Below are positions 10,155 through 19,899 of a stretch of DNA of 25,901 nt, piece by piece. The notes below the pieces were generated by a model that saw only the letters and a program-made list of their open reading frames with translations, had not been told where the DNA came from and made no database searches. Both the position numbers and the translations under genes were made by a program. This DNA is from Octopus sinensis (lineage: Eukaryota), in NCBI RefSeq assembly GCF_006345805.1, contig NW_021834061.1:1-25901 (forward strand), read 5' to 3'. Position 1 is the first letter of the stretch, and each line of letters begins with the position of its first letter.

Positions 10155-10495
10155 TAAACATTCCTACATATATTCACACATTTTCATATATTAAGCTGTA
10201 AAAAAGGAACTTGGTACAGTCAAAATATTTAAAGAACGATTTAAAAATAAACTTTTAACAATTTAAAAATATTTAGAGAACAAAATCTCACAAATCTTTA
10301 GGGAAGAAGTTTACATATAATGTGTATTTCGTGTGCGAGCGCTTTCGTTGTTCAGCTTCTCAAACACACGTCTTCTGGACTTCATATACACATAGATACA
10401 ATCACCTAACATCGACTCACTCCCTGCACACAATCCATCGTATTAACATATACGTATATAAACACATACATCCACATAGTTGCTTTCGCCTAATA

Positions 10496-11094
10496 CCTAT
10501 TTCTTTACTACTCACAAGGGGCTAAACACAGAGAGGACAAACAAGGACAGACAAACGGATTAAGTCGATTATATCGACCCCAGTGCGTAACTGGAACTTA
10601 TTTAATCGACCCCGAAAGGATGAAAGGCAAAGTCGACCTCGGCGGAATTTGAACTCAGAACGTAGCGGCAGACAAAATGCCTATTTCTTTACTACCCACA
10701 AGGGGCTAAACACAGAGAGGACAAACAAGGACAGACAAACGCATTAAGTCGATAACATCGACCCCAGTGCGTAACTGGTACTTAATTTATCGACCCCGAA
10801 AGGATGAAAGGCAAAGTCCACCTCGGCGTAATTTGAACTCGGAACGTAGCGGCAGACGAAATACCTATTTCTTTATTACCCACAAGGGGCTAAACACAGA
10901 GAGGACAAAAAGGAAAGACAAACGGATTAAGTCGATTACATTGACCCCAGTGCGTAACTGGTACTTAATTTATCGACCCCGAAAGGATGACAGCAAATTC
11001 GACCTCGGCGGAATTTGGACTCAGAACGTAGCGGCAGACGAAATACCGCTAAGCATTTCGCCCGTCGTGCCAACGATTCTGCCAGCTCGCCGCC
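10496..11094 (-). mobile_element. SINE family A trimer: one head plus three bodies
   Basis: Unit starts at 10496, 10680 and 10865 (184/185 nt); one head ending 11094; TSD GCTTTCGCCTAA(T/G)ACC at 10482-10497 and 11104-11119. Confidence 0.92.
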
Positions 11095-11265
11095 TTACCT
11101 ACCGCTTTCGCCTAAGACCAACCTCACAACCGCTCCTCCATTTACTTACACTCGTTGTGCACACATATAAACATCTACACATACTGTCATCTACCCATAC
11201 TTTTATAAACATCTACTCACACACTCACATGTATACTTACACATATTCACACAAACGTAGGCATA

Positions 11266-11674
11266 GGCGTAGGAGTGGCTGTGTGGTAAGTAGCTTGCTT
11301 ACCGACCACATGGTTCAGGGTTCAGTCCCACTGCGTGGCACCTTGGGCAAGTATCTTCTACTATAGCCTCGGGACGACCAAAGCCTTGTGAGTGGATTTG
11401 GTAGACGGAAACTGAAAGAAGCCCGTCGTATATATGTATACATATGTATGTGTGTGTATGCGTTTGTGTGTCTGTGTTTGTCCTCCCAACATCGCTTGAT
11501 AACCGATGCTGGTGTGTTTACGTCCCCGTCACTTAGCGGTTCGGCAAAAGAGACGGATAGAATAAGTACTAGGCTTACAAAGAATATGTCCTGGGGGTCG
11601 ATTACCTCGACTAAAGGTGGTGCTCCAGCATGGCCACAGTCAAATGACTGAAACAAGTAAAAGAGTAAAGAGTA
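11266..11674 (+). mobile_element. SINE family C (CORE-like), full length
   Basis: GGCGTAGGAGTGGCTGTGTGGTAAG head, GGTTCAGTCCC B-box-like motif, CACCTTGGGCAAGT core motif, internal TA/TG tract, AAGAGT tail. Confidence 0.92.
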
Positions 11675-11769
11675 TACAATTGCTATCACCTAATACGAAC
11701 CCTAACAATCTTCTGTCCACATACACCGCTTACACACACATACAAGCAATTACGCATACATACATACAT

Positions 11770-11773
<4 letters not shown>

Positions 11774-11830
<57 letters not shown>

Positions 11831-11940
11831 GCACCTACAATCATCTTCACCCACAAGGGAGAGAGAGAGAGTCCTACATCTACACATTCAGAAATACTTA
11901 TAAGATATACACAGACATGCAGATACATACACACACAGAC

Positions 11941-11984
<44 letters not shown>

Positions 11985-11990
11985 TGTACA
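11774..11990. repeat. (CA)n and (TA)n microsatellites
   Basis: Direct reading. Confidence 0.9.
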
Positions 11991-12292
11991 TACACACACA
12001 AACAGACCTTTACACATACAGACATTCATGCCACGTGGTTTTACTCATTCACCTCCCACCACCTCACAACCTCTGCCTCATACCCTCCAACTACATCAGT
12101 TCATCAATCTTTATTGTTATCTCCTCTGCCAATCCATCTCGTTACAGCAGAGCACAATATTACCCACTCTCTGTCTGATTCTATATCTTATGGGCTGTCC
12201 GTAGATCTCTCACTCACTCCGCTACCTCTAACCCCCACTTCATCCCTCTTTTACTCACTATGCCAATCTATCTGCTCAAATATGTCTTCCCT

Positions 12293-12343
12293 GGATCTAT
12301 CTATCTATCTATTTATCCGTCTGTCTGTCTGTCCGTCTGTTTG

Positions 12344-12375
<32 letters not shown>

Positions 12376-12396
12376 CCTATCTATCTATCTATCTAC

Positions 12397-12431
<35 letters not shown>

Positions 12432-12520
12432 CCTATCTACCTATCTATCTACCTATCTATCTATCTACCTATCTATCTATCTACCTATCTACCTATCTAT
12501 CTATCTATCTATCTATCTAC

Positions 12521-12582
<62 letters not shown>

Positions 12583-12583
12583 G

Positions 12584-12615
<32 letters not shown>

Positions 12616-12788
12616 CTTACCTACCTATCTACCTACACTTCTACCTACATACCTACCTACCTATCTATCTGTTTATCTATTTATGTATCTATCAATCTAC
12701 CTACCTACCTACCTATCTACCTACCTACCTACCTACCTACCTACCTACCTATCTATCTACCTACCTACCTACCTACCTATCTATCTAC

Positions 12789-12859
<71 letters not shown>

Positions 12860-12960
12860 CATTCGTGTCTTTTTATCTATGTACTAACTCATTTGTCTCT
12901 CCATCCACCCACCTACCTATCGGTCTATCCATCAATCTACCTACCTACCTGTCTGTCTAT
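12293..12960. repeat. Long compound (TCTA)n/(CCTA)n tetranucleotide array
   Basis: Direct reading; source of the YLSI/IYLP pseudo-ORFs. Confidence 0.95.
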
Positions 12961-13139
12961 ATTTATTGCCTGTCTGCCTGCTCAGCAGAAAAACAAAAAA
13001 AAAACAAATAAATAAATAAAATATACTCTTACATGTGCGTAGTCGAATGCATACGTTCTTACAAACTCCTCCACTCTCAAATACTGTTCGCAAAATAATA
13101 CAGGAGAGACGAACCAATTCTGTCGTTGATTTTGCAATA

Positions 13140-13233
13140 TAAGTTTCTTTATTGGCCACACAGGGCTGCACACAGATGGGACAAGTTACAAGGTAGAGCT
13201 TTTCTTTTGGTGGAGAAAAAAAATAGGTGTTAC

Positions 13234-13277
<44 letters not shown>

Positions 13278-13370
13278 GTTTCTTTATTGGCCACACAGGG
13301 CTGCACACAGATGGGACAAGTTACAAGGTAGAGCTTTTCTTTTGGTGAAGAAAAAAAATAGGTGTTACAT
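13140..13370 (-). mobile_element. Two ~96-nt tandem copies of the Tx1-like element 3' terminus separated by (GATA)n
   Basis: TAAGTTTCTTTATTGGCCACACAGGGCTGCACACAGATGGGACAAGTTACAAGGTAGAGC at 13140 and 13275, both ending AAAATAGGTGTTACAT; (GATA)n at 13235-13276. Confidence 0.88.
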
Positions 13371-15158
13371 ATGTTTCTTTATTAGCCACACAGGGCTGCA
13401 CACAGATAGAACAATTACAAGGTAGAGCTGTTCTTTTGAAGGTTAAAAAAAAAAAAAAAAAAAGGAAGGGGGAGTTTCGATCAAAAGGGATCGTAAAAAG
13501 AGAGAAAGAGGACAAAAGAAAGGGGTGGTGTAAAAAAAAAAAGGGGGAAGAGGAAAAAAAAATTGATCAATAGGGATCGTTATCACAGAAATTCAATATG
13601 AAGTGTAAAGGGGAGGACAGGTGAGGTTTACCCGTGGAAAGAAAAGCCTACGGAAAAGACCACGGTAACCTCGGTCAATGAAGTCACATTTTATATTTCT
13701 TTTTTTTTTTTTTTTTTTTTTTGCAAATAAGCAAAACCTCTGTTTTCGATTTCTGGGTCATAGGACTATGCTCAAGGTGGCTTCGTCATTCATACGTGCC
13801 ATTCTTGCTACATCACCCATCTTTTTTAAAACATTCGCTAGACAAAAACTTGCTCTCTCTACTCTCACTTTCCTTTTCAAGTGGTACTTGAAGAAGTTGA
13901 TGAGAGATTGACCAGAGAGGAAAGTGTTTGTCTCCAATCCTTTCAGACGCGTCCACCAGATACATTCTTTCGCCATAGCCCACAGGATGATGAAAATAGC
14001 TCTTCCTTCCCGTTTTGAAGGAAGGAGGCGTGACAATATTGACGATAGACTCAGCTGATAAACCGACTCGTCCAACCGTGACAGCAGTTTTTCGACATAA
14101 GCCCACGGTCGAAAATGTTGGACACTGAACGAGTGCGTGCAGAACGGTTTCGTCGCTCTGACCCGCATCTCGGGCAGGTCGGCCCCGTGTTTTCTCGAGC
14201 CGTGTCTGTAGAGCTTATCCCGAACGGGTAGCGCTTCTCGGTAGCACTGCAGGCCAGGGATCTCTGGAAGTTGTCCATGGGCCCTGGCCCGAAAGTCGTC
14301 CCGAACAGGCGGGTCAGGTACTACTCCTCGCGACGTCCAGTTCGCCCGAGCTCGTCGTCGTACCTCCCTCCACTAAACCCCTATAGAATGCTTTGGTTGT
14401 TGTTGTGAAGTCACTTAAGGTCGACCCAGGACGGCAGAGTTGCTTGAGAGCAACGCGACACTCGCGCGGCCATTCGCCCCTTCCTCCCGGCCTCTTTTTT
14501 GACCACCACGACTGCAGTTCGTCATGAGACGAGCTGCGGGAAAGCGTGCCTCACAAACGGCGACCACACCTGTTCACCGTCGTCTACATAGAGCCAGAGA
14601 TGTCGCAGTCTCAGCGCGTGTCTGCGCATCATCAACCACGGCATGCCCAGCCCTCCTTTAACGGGTGTTGACAGCAAATGGATCGCCTGACCATCGGGAC
14701 GCATCCTTTCCACAAGAAGCGAAAGAGGATGCGTTGTAGTTTTTGGTGATGGTAGGGTCGGGACAAGGTACGACGGTCAGGCGGTAGTAGATGACGGACG
14801 CGATGTACGTGTTTCGCCACCTCCGCTCGACCTTTTAGGGACAGTTTCCTCTCGGCCCATTGCCGGGCGAGAGTGACCACCCTACTCGTTATCTCGTTCC
14901 AGTTCTTCTCCACTTGGAGGTCCGGACCGAACCAGACCCCGAGCAACTCAACCGGGCCGTCGTCCAGCGTCCCACGACGGAGGCGCTGGTGGAACGGCAT
15001 GGGCTTGCTTCTCCAGGTGCCTATCCGCAAGCCCACTGACTTTCCCGGTTGATTTTTCGCTCCTGTCACCCCCCGCTTCGTAGTCTTTCAGTTCAGCGTC
15101 TCGCCGACCCTCTCGATGTGCTCGTGGCTAGACACTATGACGGTGACGTCGTCCACGT

Positions 15159-15160
<2 letters not shown>
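13371..15160 (-). mobile_element. 5'-truncated Tx1/L1-like LINE (RT from YVDD, thumb, CCHC zf-RVT, C-terminus, 3' UTR with AATAAA); inactive
   Basis: YVDD at 15148-15159; GAKINREKS, VELLGVWFG, KLSLKGRA and PLKGGLGMP motifs; CPRCG..DETVLHALVQC at about 14118-14176; AKECIWWTR..VRVER; stop at 13758; several frameshifts; GC-rich relative to flanks. Confidence 0.88.

Positions 15161-15220
<60 letters not shown>
15160..15220. repeat. (AGAT)n microsatellite
   Basis: Direct reading. Confidence 0.95.
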
Positions 15221-15222
<2 letters not shown>

Positions 15223-15420
15223 GTTTCTTTATTGGCCACACAGGGCTGCACACAGATGGGACAAGTTACAAGGTAGAGCTTTTCTTTGGGGGGGGGGATG
15301 AAAAAAAACAAAAAAACAAAAGAAACGAAAAAAAAAAGGGGTGGCGTAGGTTTTCGATCAAGAGGGAAGAAAAGAACAAAAAATAGGGAAGAAAAGAACA
15401 AAAAAAAATAAAATAAAAAA
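15221..15420 (-). mobile_element. Fourth copy of the Tx1-like 3' terminus with partial 3' UTR
   Basis: Same ~68-nt terminus as 13140/13275; its 3' end abuts (TATC)n; 5' boundary uncertain. Confidence 0.8.
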
Positions 15421-15499
15421 TAAATAAATAAAATAAAAAAAAGAAGAAAAGGAAGAGACATAGTGAACTTACTTGTGAAACCAAGTAGCAAGTAGCAAC

Positions 15500-15567
15500 A
15501 CCAAATGGCGGTGCCCCAGCATGGCCACAGCTCATAAGTTGAAACTAGAATCAATCAATCAATCAAT
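15500..15567 (+). mobile_element. SINE 3' tip (family F) with (AATC)n tail
   Basis: GGCGGTGCCCCAGCATGGCCACAG shared with the family C tail, then a different end GAAACTAG(AATC)n. Confidence 0.55.
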
Positions 15568-15728
15568 CATAGTGGATGATATAGAGATAGTGAGAGGGGA
15601 AAACCAGTTGTAGAGAGAGAGAGAGAGGAGGAAGAAAGAGCGAGAGGATGAATGGGACAGAAATGGTGAGAAGGGAAGATTGATGTAGAAAGAAAGAGCG
15701 AGAAGATGAATGAGTCAGAAAGAGAAAA

Positions 15729-16018
15729 TGTGTGGTTAAAACGCTTGCTACCTTACCACATGGTTCTGGGTTCAGTCCCACTGCATGGTATCTTGGGCAA
15801 GTGTCTTCTACTATAGCTCCAGACTGACCGGAGCCTTGTGAGTGGATTTGGTGGACGGAAACTAAAAGAACTCCGTCGTGTGTATGTATGTGCGTATGTG
15901 CATATATATATATGTATATATATGGTGGTGTGTTTACGTCCCCCGTAACTTAGCGGTTCGGTAAAAGAGACCGATAGAATAAGTACTAGGCTTACAAAGA
16001 ATAAGTCCTGGGGGGTCA
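15729..16018 (+). mobile_element. SINE family C variant, truncated at both ends
   Basis: GGTTCAGTCCCACTGCATGGTATCTTGGGCAAGTG...GTCCCCGTAACTTAGCGG. Confidence 0.85.
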
Positions 16019-16049
16019 ATACGGTATGTATACACACACACACACACAT

Positions 16050-16081
<32 letters not shown>

Positions 16082-16166
16082 GTGTGTGTGTGTATATACA
16101 TACTGTATTGATGAATACGTAGAGAAAACGTGTTCTATGAATGTATGCTTGTATGTACAAAGGCCA

Positions 16167-16290
16167 CATGGCCTGGTGGTCAAGGTGCTGCACTCATGTT
16201 CGTGAGATCATGGTTTCACTTCCATGACCAGGCGATACGCTGTTCTTGTTCTCAAACCACTTCATCTCACGTTGCACTGCGATCGCTTCG
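16167..16290 (+). mobile_element. Degenerate tRNA-derived SINE head (family D)
   Basis: TGGCCTGGTGGTCAAGGTGCTG (A-box-like), GGTTTCACTTCC (B-box-like), CACTTCATCTCACGTTGC similar to the family E core. Confidence 0.5.
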
Positions 16291-16293
16291 ACA

Positions 16294-16647
16294 CCTATTT
16301 CTTTATTGCCCACAAGGGCTAAACATAGAGGGGACAAACAAGGACAGACAATGATATTAAGTCGATTACATCGACTTCAGTGCGTAACTGGTACTTAATT
16401 TATCGACCCCGAAAAGATGAAAGGCAAAGTCAACCTCGGCGGAATTTGAACTCAGAACGTAACGGGAGACGAAATACCTATTTCTTTACTACCCACAAGG
16501 GGCTAAACATAGAGGGGACAAACAAGGACAGACAATGATATTAAGTCGATTGCATCGACCCCAGTGCGTAACTGGTACTTAATTTATCGACCCCGAAAGG
16601 ATGAAAGGCAAAGTCAACCTCGGCGGTAATTTGAACTTAGAACGTAA
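16294..16647 (-). mobile_element. SINE family A dimer of bodies, head missing
   Basis: Unit starts at 16294 and 16477 (183 nt), with the same GACGAAATA|CCTATTTC junction. Confidence 0.9.
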
Positions 16648-16759
16648 GAAGCAAATCATAACTGTCTCTCTCGGACTACGAAAGACTACCACCATCATTA
16701 TGTATGTATTCATACATGCAAGTTTGTGTGTGTATGTATGTATATATGTATGTATATGT

Positions 16760-17065
16760 CGCCTGATCACGTGACCGACCAGGCTATTAGATGTTGCCAC
16801 ACATCGCTCGTCACAATGCGCTTCAATTTGTTTTAGCCTTCAAATGACGCCACCCCGCTGGCTAAGCGAGCAGACCAACAGAAGAAAGAGTGAGAGAAAG
16901 AGTGGTGAAAGAGTACAGCAGGGATCACCACCACCTGCCGGAGCGTCGTAGAGCTTTTAAATGTTTTCGCTCAATAAACACTCACAACGCCCGGTCTGGG
17001 AATCGAAACCGCGATCCTACGACCGCGAGTCCGCCGCCCTAACCACTGGGCCATTGCGCCTCCAC
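16760..17065 (-). mobile_element. SINE family B, tail type 3, full head
   Basis: Same head as 5693-6118; third distinct tail; candidate TSD GTATGTATATGT at 16748-16759 and 17066-17077 (low complexity). Confidence 0.85.
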
Positions 17066-17229
17066 GTATGTATATGTATGTATATATATATATGCATGTA
17101 TATGTATGTATATATAAGTATGTATGTGTGCGTGTGTGTGCAATCATTCAATATACATAATTTACAAAAAAGCTACTAATAGTTTCAAGATTTAGAGATA
17201 CAATAATTTGGCAGATTTATATATCATAC

Positions 17230-18145
17230 CATCTATCTCTAAGCAATTTTTCAAGCTCAGTGCATATCGTGAGATGTAATGGAAAACCAGGACGCTGGTC
17301 TACAAGAAAACAAGATAAAAGAACAAGAAGAAAAAAACGCGAAGAAGGTTGATGCAAAAAGTGGAACGAGAGGGATGAGTGAAAAAGAAAACTACGATCT
17401 TCGTCTTCATTGTAGAAGTCATAATGTAAGGGTAAAGATCCCCTTCGGTCATGAATGACCATGGGATTGCACCTAGAAAGTTACCCTCCTAGACACAAGT
17501 CCGGGCGAGGTTGTTTATGGAAGACCAGCAGTCGCCCATGCATACCAGCCTCCCCTCTCCACGCCACCAGTGTTATCCAAGGGAAAGACAAAGGCCGATA
17601 CAGCTTGGCACCCGTGACATTGCAACTCATTTCTACAGCTGAGTGAACTGGAGCAACGTGAAATAAAATGCCTTGCTCAAGAACACAACACGCAGCCCGG
17701 TCCGGGATTCGAGCTCACAACCTCACGATCGTAAGCTCGACGCTCTAACTACTGAGCCATGCATAATGTAGCTGGTGCAGAATATATAACAGAAAGGAGG
17801 CCAAAGTCTGTGTCCAGTACGACAAAAGAAACTTGTCCATGTGCTTGCATTTTCTAAAAGTTTCAGATCTGGAATTAAATAATGTGGTGGAATTCATGGA
17901 CTTAATAAGAATATTCGATCTTTCAGTTATGCATAATTTGCACCTCTTTAAACCATTTATATATGGCGTAGATTTCTCCACTATTCTACACTTGATTGTA
18001 TACGGTGTGCAGTTGGTTTTCATACTCCATACATAGATTGCCAACTTAGCAGCTTTATTTTTATCAATGTGTCGGAAAGAAGACATGTACAGTTACAACC
18101 AGCCTTTTATAACTTTCGCATGAACCGACGTTGCTTTTAGTTTTA
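17230..18145 (-). mobile_element. Penelope-like element remnant: GIY-YIG endonuclease C-terminal part plus pyrimidine-rich 3' region, interrupted by SINE E
   Basis: Minus frames (N)VGSCESYKR..MSSFRH..KAAKLAIYVWSMK..YTIKCRIV..Y....CKLCITERSNI...LFNSRSE...CKH.DKFLL at about 17812-18140 match the Penelope GIY-YIG pattern; 3' boundary uncertain. Confidence 0.75.
17429..17761 (-). mobile_element. tRNA-derived SINE family E
   Basis: Head GCATGGCTCAGTAGTTAGAGCG...GAGCTCGAATCCC, core TTCTTGAGCAAGGCA..TTTCACGTTGCTCCAGTTCACTCAGCTG; TSD CATAATGTA at 17420-17428 and 17762-17770. Confidence 0.88.
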
Positions 18146-18253
18146 ATTGTGTTGTCTTCATAAACCTAATCAAGCGGGAAAGCTTCAGAATCTTGATAGT
18201 TATAAGTAGGAAGAAGCTCTCCACACTGGAGCAGCAGCTATATGAAATTTTTA

Positions 18254-18446
18254 TTGGCGATTTTTTTCCCTCCGTCTTCCGTTCCTTAAATCTTTCCTTT
18301 TCCTATTTTTCTGACGAAGAGCTCCACTCGAAACGTTAAATCCTCCTTCTTTCTTTACTTTCCTGAGCGTCCAATAACACAATACTTGTTCCACGTCCTC
18401 GCGTTGTTGTGTTTTCTCTTTGTGTTTTTATGTTTGGATTAACTTT
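18254..18446 (+). mobile_element. About 190-nt hammerhead-bearing pLTR-like repeat, copy 1
   Basis: CTGACGA (18311) A GAG-CTCCA-CTC GAAA CG T T; ends AACTTT(TA)n; roughly 12 substitutions plus a small indel versus copy 2 (counted by eye). Confidence 0.8.
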
Positions 18447-18492
18447 ATATATATATATATATATGATTCAAAATGTGACCGTGTGTGTATCG

Positions 18493-18683
18493 TTGGCGAT
18501 TTTTTCCTCCGTCTTCCCTTCCTTGGACCTTTCCTTTTCCTATGTTTCTGACGAAGAGCTCCGCTCGAAACGTTAGATCCTCCTTCTTTCTCTACTTTCT
18601 TGAGCGTCCAATAACACTATACTTGTTCCACGTCCTCGCGTTGTTGTGTTTTCTCTTTGTGTTTTCATGTTTGAATTAACTTT
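18493..18683 (+). mobile_element. About 190-nt hammerhead-bearing pLTR-like repeat, copy 2
   Basis: CTGACGA (18548) A GAGC-TCC-GCTC GAAA CG T T; ends AACTTT(TA)n; cores are 237 nt apart. Confidence 0.8.
18548..18578 (+). ncRNA. Minimal type I hammerhead-like motif with intact CUGANGA and GAAA
   Basis: Canonical core, one extra A before stem II, ACGT palindromic stem III, GUU triplet, weak stem I (GUUU/AGAU); a twin motif lies at 18311-18341. Confidence 0.6.
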
Positions 18684-18959
18684 ATATATATATATATATT
18701 TTCACACACAATACATTAAAATATACTTACATTAGTCATCGATGTCACATAACAAATTCATTTAAGTAGAGACTAAATATTATCTTTTCCACAAAAGATA
18801 TTAAACTTCCGTTCACTTAGCGCGTACGCGCGCGCGTGTGTGTGTATGTGTGTGTGTTGCCTGAAAAGTTCGTATCCAAATAGTTTACAAACTTGAAAAA
18901 TATCTTAACATGAACTTAGGAACCTGAAACGGTTCAGCACAATTCTCAGCTCGCAATAC

Positions 18960-19022
18960 GCGCGCACACACACAACACAAACACACACCAACCACACCAC
19001 ACACACACACACACACACACAC

Positions 19023-19054
<32 letters not shown>

Positions 19055-19158
19055 AGTACATATATATATATATACATATATATATAATATATATATATAT
19101 ATGTACATATATATATATATATATATATGTACATATATATATGTACATATATATGTAC

Positions 19159-19200
<42 letters not shown>

Positions 19201-19209
19201 ATAATGTAC

Positions 19210-19241
<32 letters not shown>

Positions 19242-19386
19242 GTACATATATATATATACATATATATATATATGTACATATATATATATATATATATGAA
19301 AACATATATATATATATTATATATGTGTGCAGAGATCTTTATCTCTCTCAGTGTGTATACAGACATACATATATACAGACGCATAT

Positions 19387-19423
<37 letters not shown>

Positions 19424-19560
19424 CATATAGTCATGTGCACATCCAAGTTAGTTTATGTATGATTCGAAGTGTACGTGTGTGCTTGTATATATATGTGTGT
19501 GTGCATGTGTGTGTTTGGTAAGAGTGATTGTGTGTGTGTTCGCGCATGCGCGTGTATACC
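18960..19560. repeat. Compound (CA)n/(TA)n/(TGTACATA)-type microsatellite field
   Basis: Direct reading. Confidence 0.92.
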
Positions 19561-19899
19561 GCGAAAGTGTTCTGTTATTTACTTAACTATGTCTGCTGTT
19601 ATAATCACCGAATCTGTTTTAGTAATCACCAAGTTCGAAAGCCCCACAAAAATTTAAAATAGGGGTCGTTTAATCCAAATACCCTCATCACCTTATTGTT
19701 TTTATTACCCCCCCCACACACACACACATGCATACACACACATATCTATTATATACACTTGTTTACACATACTTCAATTTTCATTCCTCCCGTCATTCAT
19801 TTCTTTTATCTTTCTTTCAATTAAAATCCTTCAGTTTTCTATTTATTGTTCTTAATGTTTTTATTTTTTCAAAGTTTTCATCCTCAGAAATACCTCTCT

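Noticed and set aside
17380-17425. Possible decayed hammerhead in the Penelope 3' region (minus strand ...ACAATGAAGACGAAGATCGTAG)
   Set aside because: Too degenerate: neither core box is intact
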